The translations under genes and the position numbers were made by a program. From Nitrososphaera viennensis EN76 (GTDB taxonomy: Archaea; Thermoproteota; Nitrososphaeria; Nitrososphaerales; Nitrososphaeraceae), in assembly GCF_000698785.1 (NCBI RefSeq), contig NZ_CP007536.1, positions 1,080,001-1,112,000 of the forward strand: a stretch of 32,000 bases of DNA. Reading direction: 5' to 3'. This document shows, piece after piece, positions 1 through 7,982 of this stretch (position 1 is its first letter; each line of letters starts with the position of its first letter). A model generated the notes under the pieces. It was not told the DNA's origin, searched no databases, and saw only the letters and a list, made by a program, of their open reading frames with translations.

Positions 1-633
1 GTAGGCAAGCGCCGCGTCCATGTGCTTGCGCGCGCTTTCCGTCTGGCCGTACTCTGCGGACTGGATTGCAAGCGAGGCCTCGGACGAGCCAAGCTGGTAC
101 TTTTCAACCGCCTGCGTGGGTATAGGGATGTCCGCCTGCACGAGCTCCTTAATCCTCGCATTGGCCCTGTCCCTTGCCTGCACCACGGTGTCGTGTATCT
201 GTGCCAGCTCGTCGCTCTGTTCCGCATCCTTGTCAGCTATGCGAAAGCCGGCGGTGGCCGACTGGCTGCCGTAGGCGGCAGTCACAGTGTAATCGCCGGG
301 CCCGCAGGACACCTTCATGGGACGAGAAATGAACGAGCCGTCGCGCTCCACCCTCACAAACTGCTGGCCGCAGATGACATCGTCTTTTGCCACCTTGACT
401 GTCACGAACTTGGCTCCCTTGTTATTATCATTGTCGTTGTTGGTGGTGTTGTCATCCAGATCAACTGTCCCGGCCACAATTACGCGGTCGCCGGAATCAT
501 AGACGCTCTTGTTGGTGGTGACGGCAAATGACGACGATTGGCCGTACGCCGCAGTAATAGGGAGGACTGCTGCTGTAGCAGCGAGCAGCAAAGCTACAAA
601 AGGCAGTCCTAGCCCCTTTACCCCTCCCGCCAT
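1..633 (-). CDS. Secreted protein, N-terminal part (gene runs off the left edge)
   Basis: Absent from the ORF track because no stop lies in the window. My hand translation of the minus strand from ATG 633-631 is open to position 1 (211 codons): MAGGVKGLGLPFVALLLAATAAVLPITAAYGQSSSFAVTTNKSVYDSGDRVIVAGTVDLDD...KFVTVKVAKDDVICGQQFVRVERDGSF...CGPGDYTVTAAYGSQ..., followed by a helical-looking region. The N-terminus is signal-peptide-like. Plus-strand ORFs 20..274 and 22..531 are its shadows. Confidence 0.6.
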   Translation of the reverse strand, partial: MAGGVKGLGLPFVALLLAATAAVLPITAAYGQSSSFAVTTNKSVYDSGDRVIVAGTVDLDDNTTNNDNDNNKGAKFVTVKVAKDDVICGQQFVRVERDGSFISRPMKVSCGPGDYTVTAAYGSQSATAGFRIADKDAEQSDELAQIHDTVVQARDRANARIKELVQADIPIPTQAVEKYQLGSSEASLAIQSAEYGQTESARKHMDAALAY

Positions 634-781
634 TCTCTCCCCTATGGTAGGGCAGGCGCTTATTTCAGGAACCCCTGAAACGGCCGTTCCCGCTTAAAAA
701 TGCGGCAATAGCCTGGACATGCGGCGGGCGAAGCAGCTGTTGCGAGTCGTATATATTGCCTGACAGCACTTACTATTCCAA

Positions 782-1477
782 ATGCGCCTTTTGCGCCCGG
801 CCTTGGCAGTATTTGGGTTTCTCGTCATTGTGCTTATCCCGTTACAGCAGGCACTTGCGCAAGAGATCCAGCCCACAAACGTTATAAAATCGCCAAAAGA
901 CGAGAGCTTTGTCCTCCCGTACCAGGCGGCAAACCGAGACATCCGCAACCCGGTGGTCTACAAGTACGACCAGTCAAAGGGCCAGAACTGGATATTCACA
1001 GTCGACGACAAGCTTTCGTACGTCCCAAGAAACGACTCCAAAGTCGTGATAACCATCAAAGAGCCGGCGCCAAGCGAAAAGTACATCCAGATATTCATGT
1101 ATGGAGGCGACGAGCAGAAATTCGTAGTCGCGGTAAACGCGCCGCAGACGGGCTACCAGATAATCGAGAGTGGCAATTGGGTCTATGAGGAGCTTGTCAC
1201 CCTGACCCATAGCGACAACAGCGGGCTCACGGTGACGGACGGCAAGAGAATAGTAGTAGACAGGCTCGACATACAGGGATTCAACCCCGCGTCAATCGAG
1301 GTGTATGGCATGGACGAAGCCGGAGCGCTTGCAAACGCGTACGGCGGCACGCTCGGCATAGGCATCCTGTACGGAAGCCCTTCTGACACCCCGGTATATT
1401 ACGTGCCGGCGGCAGTCATGATAGGCGTTGGCGCGCTGATGGGCGTTCTTTTGTGGAAGAAAAAGAGGTCGCAGTAG
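782..1477 (+). CDS. Surface or secreted protein with N-terminal signal peptide and C-terminal TM anchor
   Basis: 231 aa. N-terminus MRLLRPALAVFGFLVIVLIPLQQALAQ is signal-like. C-terminus VYYVPAAVMIGVGALMGVLLWKKKRSQ is a hydrophobic helix plus a basic tail. TATA-like gtatatattg lies about 25 nt upstream of the ATG. I recognise no family. Confidence 0.65.
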   Translation: MRLLRPALAVFGFLVIVLIPLQQALAQEIQPTNVIKSPKDESFVLPYQAANRDIRNPVVYKYDQSKGQNWIFTVDDKLSYVPRNDSKVVITIKEPAPSEKYIQIFMYGGDEQKFVVAVNAPQTGYQIIESGNWVYEELVTLTHSDNSGLTVTDGKRIVVDRLDIQGFNPASIEVYGMDEAGALANAYGGTLGIGILYGSPSDTPVYYVPAAVMIGVGALMGVLLWKKKRSQ

Positions 1478-2126
1478 TATCAGCATAATAGCGGCACATA
1501 TTTTTCAAGTCGCACACGCGGCAGTTCGGCTTGACAGGCAGGCAAATGTTCTGCCCGTACATGACAAACGTGTCGTTTACCTTTGTCCACAGCCTCCTGT
1601 CCACCATCCTGCTCAGCTCCTCCTCGGTCTTTTCAGGAGTCTTTGTTTCCACGAGCCCAAGGCGGTTTGATATGCGGTGCACGTGGATGTCGACAGGGAT
1701 CGCAGGCTTGTCAAACGCGTAGACGAGCACGCAGTTTGCAGTCTTGCGGCCCACGCCTGGAAGTTCCAGCAATTTGTCAATGTCAGAGGGCACCCCGCCT
1801 CCGAATTTTTCGACGATGGCCTGCGCGACCTGCTTTATCCTTGCCGCCTTGACATTGTAAAAGCCGATGCTATGTATCAGCTTTTTAATGTCGTCAAGGT
1901 CGGCAGACGCCAGCTCTGCCGGCGTCCTGTAGGCTGCAAACAGCTTGTTGACCACCTTTGTCGTATTCTCGTCGCGCGAGCGCGCAGACAGGATGGTGCC
2001 TATCAGTATCTTGAAAGGGTCGCCCTGCTCTTCCATCTGCAGGCCGCGAAGAGCAGTAAGGCGAGGCGGCTTTTCCCGGTAAAGCGCCGCTTCCATCCGG
2101 CGGAGGATTTCGCCCATGGGCATCAT
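1416..2126 (-). CDS. nth: Endonuclease III (HhH-GPD base-excision DNA glycosylase with 4Fe-4S cluster)
   Basis: Motifs ILIGTILSARSRDENT, helix-hairpin-helix LPGVGRKTANCVLVYAF and VDIHVHRISNRLGL. Cluster motif C-x6-C-x2-C-x5-C is present (CLPVKPNCRVCDLKNMC). The ORF-track start at 2342 is an implausible Pro/Arg-rich extension, so I place the start at the MMPMGEIL methionines (ATG 2126). The 3' tail overlaps the convergent gene 782..1477 by 62 nt. Confidence 0.85.
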   Translation of the reverse strand: MMPMGEILRRMEAALYREKPPRLTALRGLQMEEQGDPFKILIGTILSARSRDENTTKVVNKLFAAYRTPAELASADLDDIKKLIHSIGFYNVKAARIKQVAQAIVEKFGGGVPSDIDKLLELPGVGRKTANCVLVYAFDKPAIPVDIHVHRISNRLGLVETKTPEKTEEELSRMVDRRLWTKVNDTFVMYGQNICLPVKPNCRVCDLKNMCRYYADTTATSFSSTKERPSARQRLS

Positions 2127-2236
2127 TGCTATCTTTTTGGCCAAACGCTGTTGTTTGTGCGTTCGTGCGCCCGTGATATAAAACCCTCTGCCCCTGCAAG
2201 ATATGGTTCTTATACTCTGTTTATGGAGATGCTTTT

Positions 2237-3403
2237 GTGGAGCTGACGAGGGAGGAAGAGAGGGCGCTTGCGGGGGAAAAGGGCGAGGCGCTTGCCCTAG
2301 CGTACCGCATACTTGCGGCAATCGGCGAGGCCACCGGCGCAAAGAGGCTGGTGCCGGTAAAGTGGGCCCACGTGTCAGGCGTCAACTACAACACAATCGG
2401 CGACGCAGGCGTGCAGTTCCTTGAAAAGTTCAGCAGGGACGCAAGGGTCGCCGTCAAGACGACTGTAAACCCGATGGGCTATGACAGGGACAGGCCCGAG
2501 CAGCTGCCTGAAAAGTTCATTGAAAAGCAGGCAAGCATAATGCGCTCGTACGAGCGCATGGGAGTCACGCCGTCGTTTACGTGTACCCCGTACGAGGTTT
2601 TCGACATCCCGGAAAAGGGCACCGCGGTCAGCTTTGCGGAAAGCAACGCGGCCGTGTTTTCAAATTCACTGCTTGGACTTCGCACCAACAAGGAAAGCGC
2701 GCTTTCGGCCCTTGCAAGCTCTGTCACGGGCAAGGCTCCGCTTTCCGACCTGCGGCTTGACGAGGCAAGGAACCCAAGGGTGGCAATAGAGACAGGGTTT
2801 TCGTTTGAAAGCGAGCTGGACTATGGCCTGCTCGGGTATTTTGCGGGCAAGGCGGTAAAGGACAGCAGCGTCGCGCTTGCAGGCATTGGAAATTCAATAG
2901 GCAGGCCGCAGGCAAAGGCGCTTTCCGCAGGCATTGGCACCTCCGGCTCGTGCGGCATGTTCTCGCTCGGCGACTCGGTTGCAGCAGGCATAGGAGAAAA
3001 GATAGCGTTTGGCAAAGAGGAGGCAAGGAAGGTAAGGGACGAATTGAGCACGGCTGACGACGGCGACATCATCACGCTTGGAAGCCCCCAGCTTGGGCTT
3101 GAAGAGCTTGCCACCCTTGCCAGGCTGACGGAGGGCAAGAAATTCGACAGGCGCTGCATGATATTCTGCTCGCGGGCAATCCACAACCAGGCTACCAAGA
3201 TCGGCCTGACGGGGCAGATTGAGAAGGCAGGGGGCGAGTTCATGTGCGACTCTTGCACATGTTTGACGCCGTACGTCGACAAGGACAGGTACGATTCCGT
3301 GATAACAAGCAGCGTCAAGGCGGCATACTACATGAACAACTCCAACAAGGTCAAGGTCGCGCTAAAGGACGTAAAGGCGATAGTAAAGGAGTACACAAAA
3401 TAA
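2237..3403 (+). CDS. Aconitase X catalytic-domain protein (DUF521); likely phosphomevalonate dehydratase large subunit
   Basis: 388 aa, GTG start. The N-terminus ELTREEERALAGEKGEALALAYRILAAIGEATGAKRLVPVKWAHVSGV is typical of AcnX/DUF521. It is followed by a DUF126-type partner with a TAATG 1-nt overlap. The functional call follows the published archaeal mevalonate pathway, where AcnX large and small subunits form phosphomevalonate dehydratase. Confidence 0.75.
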   Translation: MELTREEERALAGEKGEALALAYRILAAIGEATGAKRLVPVKWAHVSGVNYNTIGDAGVQFLEKFSRDARVAVKTTVNPMGYDRDRPEQLPEKFIEKQASIMRSYERMGVTPSFTCTPYEVFDIPEKGTAVSFAESNAAVFSNSLLGLRTNKESALSALASSVTGKAPLSDLRLDEARNPRVAIETGFSFESELDYGLLGYFAGKAVKDSSVALAGIGNSIGRPQAKALSAGIGTSGSCGMFSLGDSVAAGIGEKIAFGKEEARKVRDELSTADDGDIITLGSPQLGLEELATLARLTEGKKFDRRCMIFCSRAIHNQATKIGLTGQIEKAGGEFMCDSCTCLTPYVDKDRYDSVITSSVKAAYYMNNSNKVKVALKDVKAIVKEYTK

Positions 3404-3828
3404 TGACGACGATGATGATAACCGGCTGCAGAAAAATAGTGGGCGGCAAGGGAGAGGGCGAGGCGCTTGTCAGCTCGCAGCCGATAAACTTCCTTGCAAT
3501 GGTCGAGGCCAGGAGCGGCAGGATAACCGACCCAAAGCACGAGCTTTACGGCAGGTCGCTCAAGGACGCAATACTGGTGTTCCCAAACGCCATCGGTAGC
3601 AGCGTGGGTGCGTACGTTTTCTATTCGCTAAAGGAGGCAGGGACGGCGCCAAGGGCCATAGTGTGCGCAAAGGCAGACATCACCACCGCTTCCGGCTGCG
3701 CAATCGCCAACATCCCGGTCGTCGACCTCCCGGAAGAGATGGCAAAAGAACCATTATCGTCGCTGGTCAGGCCCGGCTCCAGGATCAGGGTGGACGCGGA
3801 AGCAGGCCAGATAGCAGCAACAGTTTAA
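3403..3828 (+). CDS. Aconitase X swivel-domain protein (DUF126); likely phosphomevalonate dehydratase small subunit
   Basis: The start is the internal ATG at 3403 (MTTMMITGCRKIVGGKGEGEALVSSQPINFL...), which overlaps the upstream stop (TAATG). Length is about 141 aa. The pattern GEALV..QP.NF......G.I.D..H...G.S is typical of DUF126. Confidence 0.75.
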   Translation: MTTMMITGCRKIVGGKGEGEALVSSQPINFLAMVEARSGRITDPKHELYGRSLKDAILVFPNAIGSSVGAYVFYSLKEAGTAPRAIVCAKADITTASGCAIANIPVVDLPEEMAKEPLSSLVRPGSRIRVDAEAGQIAATV

Positions 3829-3975
3829 TCTTTTTGTGCACGCAGCAAAGCTTGCTCGGTGCACGGCACACCAGATGGGCGAACCGACCGCGGCTAGCCT
3901 GCGGAATGACGACTCAAGTCCGTGCACCGACTTGACTGAAAAAACCTTTTATTTGCGGGTGGAAACGGGATCATA

Positions 3976-4191
3976 TTGGTCAGCTACTGTCCCGAATGTG
4001 GAGGCGAGCTAAAGTTTGACCTCGCCAGCAAGAATTTCGTCTGCAAGAGCTGCGGCCTGTTTGCTTCAAGGGAAAAGATAGACGAGCTGCGCGACAAGGC
4101 GGAGGCTAGAAAAGAAGACGTGCGCCAAAAGAGGCATGACGATTACATCGACTGGTGGCAGTCTTCCAAGAAGGACAAGCAGCAAAAGTAG
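3976..4191 (+). CDS. Small zinc-ribbon protein
   Basis: 71 aa, TTG start. It has CPECG...x13...CKSCG (four Cys in ribbon spacing) followed by a charged helical tail. No family recognised with confidence. Confidence 0.5.
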   Translation: MVSYCPECGGELKFDLASKNFVCKSCGLFASREKIDELRDKAEARKEDVRQKRHDDYIDWWQSSKKDKQQK

Positions 4192-4235
4192 CCCCAGAAT
4201 AATTAATATCCCCAGCAGGCTCTCCAGCAGATGTC

Positions 4236-5171
4236 TTGCACTCCTGCTGCATCAAGTGCCACAAAGAGCCTTCCGTGTATTTTCGCGCCTACTCTGGCGA
4301 GTATTTGTGCAAGAAATGCTTTGTGCGGTCAATCGAGGACAAGACTGCGAGGACGATGTCGAAATACTCGATGCTGAAATACGGCGAGCGGGTCGCAGTC
4401 GGCGTGTCAGGGGGCAAGGACAGTTTATCACTGCTGTACGTCATGAAAAAGATCTTTGACGAGCATGACCGTTCCAAAGACGACCTTGTCGCAGTCACTA
4501 TTGACGAGGGGATAAAGGGCTACCGCGACGAGTCGCTTGAAATCGTAAAGGGCTTTTGCTCGCAGCTTGAGGTGCAGAGCAAAGTCATGAGCTACAAGGA
4601 CCTGTTTGGCGTTTCGATGGACGAGGCTATGGTCCTGCGGCCGTCAGAGAAAATATCATCTTGCTCAATGTGCGGCACGTTCAGAAGGCGCGCTATTGAC
4701 CTGGCGGCTGAAAGCGTCGGCGCGGACGTCGTGGCGACTGCGCACAACATGGACGACCAGCTGCAGACATTCATGATCAATTTACTGGCAGGCGACGTGG
4801 AGCGCATCGGCTGGATGTACCCGGAGCCCATAGAGTACGCGGGCGGCATGAAAAAGATCAAGCCCTTTGCAGAACTGTACGAGCACGAGATAGCTTTTTA
4901 CGCGCTGCAGCGTGAGATCCCGTTCCAGTCAGAGGAATGCCCGTACATGAACGAGAGCATCAGGACTGACCTGCGCGAGTTTTTCAACAGGATGGAAAGC
5001 GAGCATCCGGGGATAAAGAACAACGCGTATGCGTCTATGATGAAGGTGTCAGAGAAATTACGAGCATCATTTACAGAGCCAAGGGGCGACAGGAAGTGCA
5101 GGCTGTGCGGGCGCGATTCCACCGGCGACGTCTGCTCGGTCTGCAAGACTGTGAGCGTACTCAGGCCATGA
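4236..5171 (+). CDS. ttuA: tRNA 2-thiolation PP-loop ATPase, TtuA/Ncs6(NcsA) type
   Basis: 311 aa, TTG start. PP-loop SGGKDS. N-terminal Zn finger CIKC...CKKC and C-terminal Zn finger CRLC...CSVC. Candidate Fe-S ligands CSMCG and EECPY. This architecture is typical of the TtuA/Ncs6 subgroup of the TtcA family. Confidence 0.8.
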   Translation: MHSCCIKCHKEPSVYFRAYSGEYLCKKCFVRSIEDKTARTMSKYSMLKYGERVAVGVSGGKDSLSLLYVMKKIFDEHDRSKDDLVAVTIDEGIKGYRDESLEIVKGFCSQLEVQSKVMSYKDLFGVSMDEAMVLRPSEKISSCSMCGTFRRRAIDLAAESVGADVVATAHNMDDQLQTFMINLLAGDVERIGWMYPEPIEYAGGMKKIKPFAELYEHEIAFYALQREIPFQSEECPYMNESIRTDLREFFNRMESEHPGIKNNAYASMMKVSEKLRASFTEPRGDRKCRLCGRDSTGDVCSVCKTVSVLRP

Positions 5172-5256
5172 AAAAATAAAACATCGTTCTGGGTTGCCAT
5201 TAACAGATTAGCTTCCTGCGATAGTTAATTATCATGAGGATGTAATTACATAACAT

Positions 5257-6006
5257 ATGCAGTTTGGTTTGCAGCATCCCAGTTTTAGTTTCGATTACAA
5301 GGACGGCGACACCCGGCAGATCGCAGATTCCCTGAAGAACCTTGTTGCAAGGGCAGAAAGCGCGGGTTTTGATTCTTTCTGGGTGATGGACCATTTCCAC
5401 CAGATCTCAATGTTTGGAGCGCCGAAAGAGCCGATGCTCGAAAGCTGGACAACGATATCGGTGCTTGCAGGCGTGATCATAAGGATAAAGCTTGGGACGC
5501 TCGTGACAGGCGTGATATACCGGCATCCTTCGATCCTGGCAAAAATTGCTGCCACGCTGGACGTGCTGAGCAAGGGAAGGCTCTTCATGGGAATAGGCGC
5601 TTCATGGAACGAAGAAGAGTCCCGGGCGTACGGTATCGTTGACAGGTCTTTTCCATCCGGCCAGGAGAGGCTGCTCCGGCTGGAGGAGGCTATACAGGTC
5701 ATTCGCAAAATGTGGACCGAAGAGCCAGCTTCGTTCGATGGGAGATACTACAGGATCCGAAATGCGTACTGCAACCCCAAGCCTATCCAGAAACCTTCCC
5801 CGCCCACCATGATGGGCGGTTCTGGCGAAAAAAAAATGCTCCGGATTGTGGCCAAGTACGCGGACGCATGCAACCTGCTTGGATCTGTCGAGACCGTCAA
5901 GAAAAAGCTGGACATCCTGAAGGAGCACTGCAAGAGTGTGGGCAGAGATTATGGGTCGATCCTAAAGACCAAGCTTGCCACCGTAGTAATTGTCCAGGGA
6001 ACTTGA
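5257..6006 (+). CDS. Luciferase-like (LLM class) F420-dependent oxidoreductase, apparently short at the C-terminus
   Basis: 249 aa. Motifs FDSFWVMDHF, GIGASWNEEESRAYG, CNPKPIQKPSPPTMMGGSGEKKMLRIVAKYADACN, as in the Rv1855c-like LLM family. It ends at ...ATVVIVQGT*, whereas family members as I recall them are about 50 aa longer. Confidence 0.7.
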   Translation: MQFGLQHPSFSFDYKDGDTRQIADSLKNLVARAESAGFDSFWVMDHFHQISMFGAPKEPMLESWTTISVLAGVIIRIKLGTLVTGVIYRHPSILAKIAATLDVLSKGRLFMGIGASWNEEESRAYGIVDRSFPSGQERLLRLEEAIQVIRKMWTEEPASFDGRYYRIRNAYCNPKPIQKPSPPTMMGGSGEKKMLRIVAKYADACNLLGSVETVKKKLDILKEHCKSVGRDYGSILKTKLATVVIVQGT

Positions 6007-6091
6007 AGCCTTGGATGAATTTGCAGGCAGCGTTATCATGAGAAAGTAATTGACCGCTAATATAATATAGCGAATTTTGTACAGGCACTGT

Positions 6092-6406
6092 GGAGGCAGG
6101 TAGGGTCGGGGTGCTAGCCGTGCCCCACACTGGAAATCGGCTTCATGCCAGGACCAGTAACCGCTGGGTAAATCCGCTGGGAGGAGGTACCCGCTTGCCT
6201 TGCGGAAATGAAATCACGCCGTGTCGGATGGTTATGAGCAGCGATCTGCGCGAAGGCGCGGCGTCGACTGCGCATCGTCGAAATGGGTGAGGTCCGGGAG
6301 GGAGCAACCCTAAGGCGGCGTAGCCATGCTAGCACGTCTACGTGGTGGATCTCGCAGGGCTTGAAATGGGGCCTTTTGCCAACGGTGGTACCGGTGGGCT
6401 GCCTCC
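6092..6406 (+). ncRNA. Signal recognition particle RNA (archaeal 7S RNA)
   Basis: No credible ORF in this region. The conserved helix-8 signature GGUGAGGUCCGGGAGGGAGCAACCCUAAGG at about 6285-6314 compares with E. coli 4.5S GGUCAGGUCCGGAAGGAAGCAGCCAAGG. 5' GGAGGCAG (6092-6099) is the exact complement of CTGCCTCC (6399-6406), giving a terminal helix and a length of about 315 nt. TATA-like taatataatatag lies about 25-30 nt upstream. The ends are approximate. Confidence 0.7.
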
Positions 6407-6831
6407 GCTCCTTCTCGAATGTGCACAGGTAAGAGGAGAGAGGCGCGATTCCAGTGGAAACATGGATTTTCGAGTAGTTCTTTTAAACAGCGAGTAAATG
6501 TAAAACAAAGCAGCGCCAGATGGCCTTTGCCATTCCGTCACGGTGCTTGAACCTCATGCAGAACGAGTCCCTCCGGGCCCGCTAAGTTTCCGCACCCTAA
6601 GTGGGTGCGGGCCCATTTGTTCTAGAATGCAGTGAGTGGATTCGAATTCCAACAGGCTCGCTCATGCTGTACCACACCTAATCTTATTGCTTGTTCTTTT
6701 GTAGACATTATCGCGAAGCTTTGCGCCGTAAAAGCCCTGTCGCGATCTGCATTGGAACAACAACGATGTCAATGGACTAGGTAAATAATGGATCGCGGAG
6801 GCCCATGTCGCACGGCAGGCCGGCCGTCTTT

Positions 6832-7506
6832 TCATGTTCTAGTCGTGGGTTTGCGTCCAGCAAGGATATACACCAGACCATCCTGCAAGTGGGTGTTTTG
6901 GTTTTCGCGTAGCGTAGAGACGAGATTTGGTGTGCTGGCAGCCGGGCTTCCCAGACGGAGTATACACGTCGTGACGGTGACGTCTACGAACCCTGCGCCT
7001 TCAAGGAGGCGCACCCATTCGGATGGATGCCGCATGCCTTTGGTCCGTGATGTCTCGTCGATGGCATCAAATTCAGCAAGGGCAATTCGTCCACCGGGAA
7101 CGAGTATGCGCCAGGCCGCGTTGACCCAAGTGTCATCAGCGTGGTGTGCACCCAAGCGACATATGACGGCATCCCATGGCCCTGGAGGTGGATTCGTCAT
7201 GTCTGCGATTTTGAACTGAATATCCGGGAAGCGGCGTCTTGCCGCTTCCAACATGCGCGGGCTGCTGTCGATTCCCAGCGCTTCGGCGCCCCGTGCATTT
7301 GCGGCCGCCGTGCTGTGTCCGGGCCCGCAGGCCAAGTCAAGCAACCGTGTACCGCTTCCCACTTGCACGGCGTCCAGCATCGCCTCTGTGGCGTATTGCA
7401 ACTCCGGTTCCAGCAAGTCGATGATGTCATCGTATCTCTTGGCCCTCTCCGCCCAAGAATCCGTTGTGTGGTCGTGGTGATGGCGACGTGCGTCTGAATT
7501 GCTCAT
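6832..7506 (-). CDS. Class I SAM-dependent methyltransferase
   Basis: 224 aa. SAM-binding motif I LLDLACGPGHST, then ALGIDSSPRMLEAARRRFPDIQF. Last gene of a three-gene minus-strand operon, overlapping the MarR gene by 4 nt. Confidence 0.8.
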   Translation of the reverse strand: MSNSDARRHHHDHTTDSWAERAKRYDDIIDLLEPELQYATEAMLDAVQVGSGTRLLDLACGPGHSTAAANARGAEALGIDSSPRMLEAARRRFPDIQFKIADMTNPPPGPWDAVICRLGAHHADDTWVNAAWRILVPGGRIALAEFDAIDETSRTKGMRHPSEWVRLLEGAGFVDVTVTTCILRLGSPAASTPNLVSTLRENQNTHLQDGLVYILAGRKPTTRT

Positions 7507-7982
7507 GGCCTGTTTCCAAGGAACGGAATAGACAGAATTCGTTCAAGATTATCGCAGAATTGTCTCAAGGCGGGGTCAGACCAATCTTGGAATGTCGAAA
7601 GGACCGGGTGCAGTGCTTGTGCCTCGACCTGAGTGGCAATATCTCGAGCCTCAGGAGTAGCCGTAAGCCATTGCTTGCGCGCGTCGTTCTCGTCAGTGCG
7701 TCGCTTCACCAGACCCAGAGACGACAGACGCTGGATGGCCGGCGTGACGCTGCCGCGGGTGACGTGCATCCAGTCAGCCAGGTCGCTGGGTGTGGTGTCA
7801 CCGTGGTTAACCAAATAATGCAGAACAAGTGCTTGATGGACGGTAAAGCCTCCCTTCACCTTTGTGCGCTGCCATTCATTTATCGCTGAAGCCACTTGTC
7901 GCATAAGAGAAATGGCCCGGAGCACAAGATCAGGTTTGTCCGCGTGCTCTCGGCGGTGTTGCTTTGTCATGCTTAGCGACAC
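7503..7982 (-). CDS. MarR-family winged-helix transcriptional regulator
   Basis: 159 aa. FTVHQALVLHYLVNHGDTTPSDLADWMHVTRGSVTPAIQRLSSLGLVKRRTDENDARKQWLTATPEA is the canonical MarR wHTH pattern. It overlaps both neighbours. Confidence 0.85.
   Translation of the reverse strand: MSLSMTKQHRREHADKPDLVLRAISLMRQVASAINEWQRTKVKGGFTVHQALVLHYLVNHGDTTPSDLADWMHVTRGSVTPAIQRLSSLGLVKRRTDENDARKQWLTATPEARDIATQVEAQALHPVLSTFQDWSDPALRQFCDNLERILSIPFLGNRP

Noticed and set aside
20-531. Plus-strand ORFs 20..274, 22..531 and 317..502
   Set aside because: They lie antisense to a better minus-strand reading frame (1..633) that has a signal peptide and protein-like composition. Their own sequences are low-complexity and Ala/Arg/Leu-rich, as expected for shadow ORFs in GC-rich coding DNA.
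663-680. Inverted repeat TTTCAGG-AACC-CCTGAAA in the divergent promoter region between 1..633 and 782..1477
   Set aside because: The arms are only 7 bp and there is a single copy, which is too short to distinguish from chance. Not called as an operator.
1416-2342. The full 308-aa version of the endonuclease III ORF
   Set aside because: The first 72 residues (MRRWPRRLPQVCGTLGQAPRPFPPQAPSLPP...) are Pro/Arg-rich, unlike the family N-terminus. They would also run through the divergent promoter and the start of the AcnX gene. An internal ATG at 2126 is used instead.
6636-6660. tRNA-like T-arm (GTGGA TTCGAAT TCCAA) followed by CAGGCTCG
   Set aside because: I could not find a matching 5' acceptor strand, D-arm or anticodon arm on either strand, even allowing for introns. 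The stem has an A53-T61 pair and a terminal mismatch. It is reported only as part of an unexplained region, not as a tRNA.
6788-7497. Plus-strand ORFs 6788..7219, 7141..7497 and others overlapping the methyltransferase gene
   Set aside because: They are antisense to a gene with clear SAM-binding motifs, and their sequences are Arg/Pro/Ala-rich shadows.
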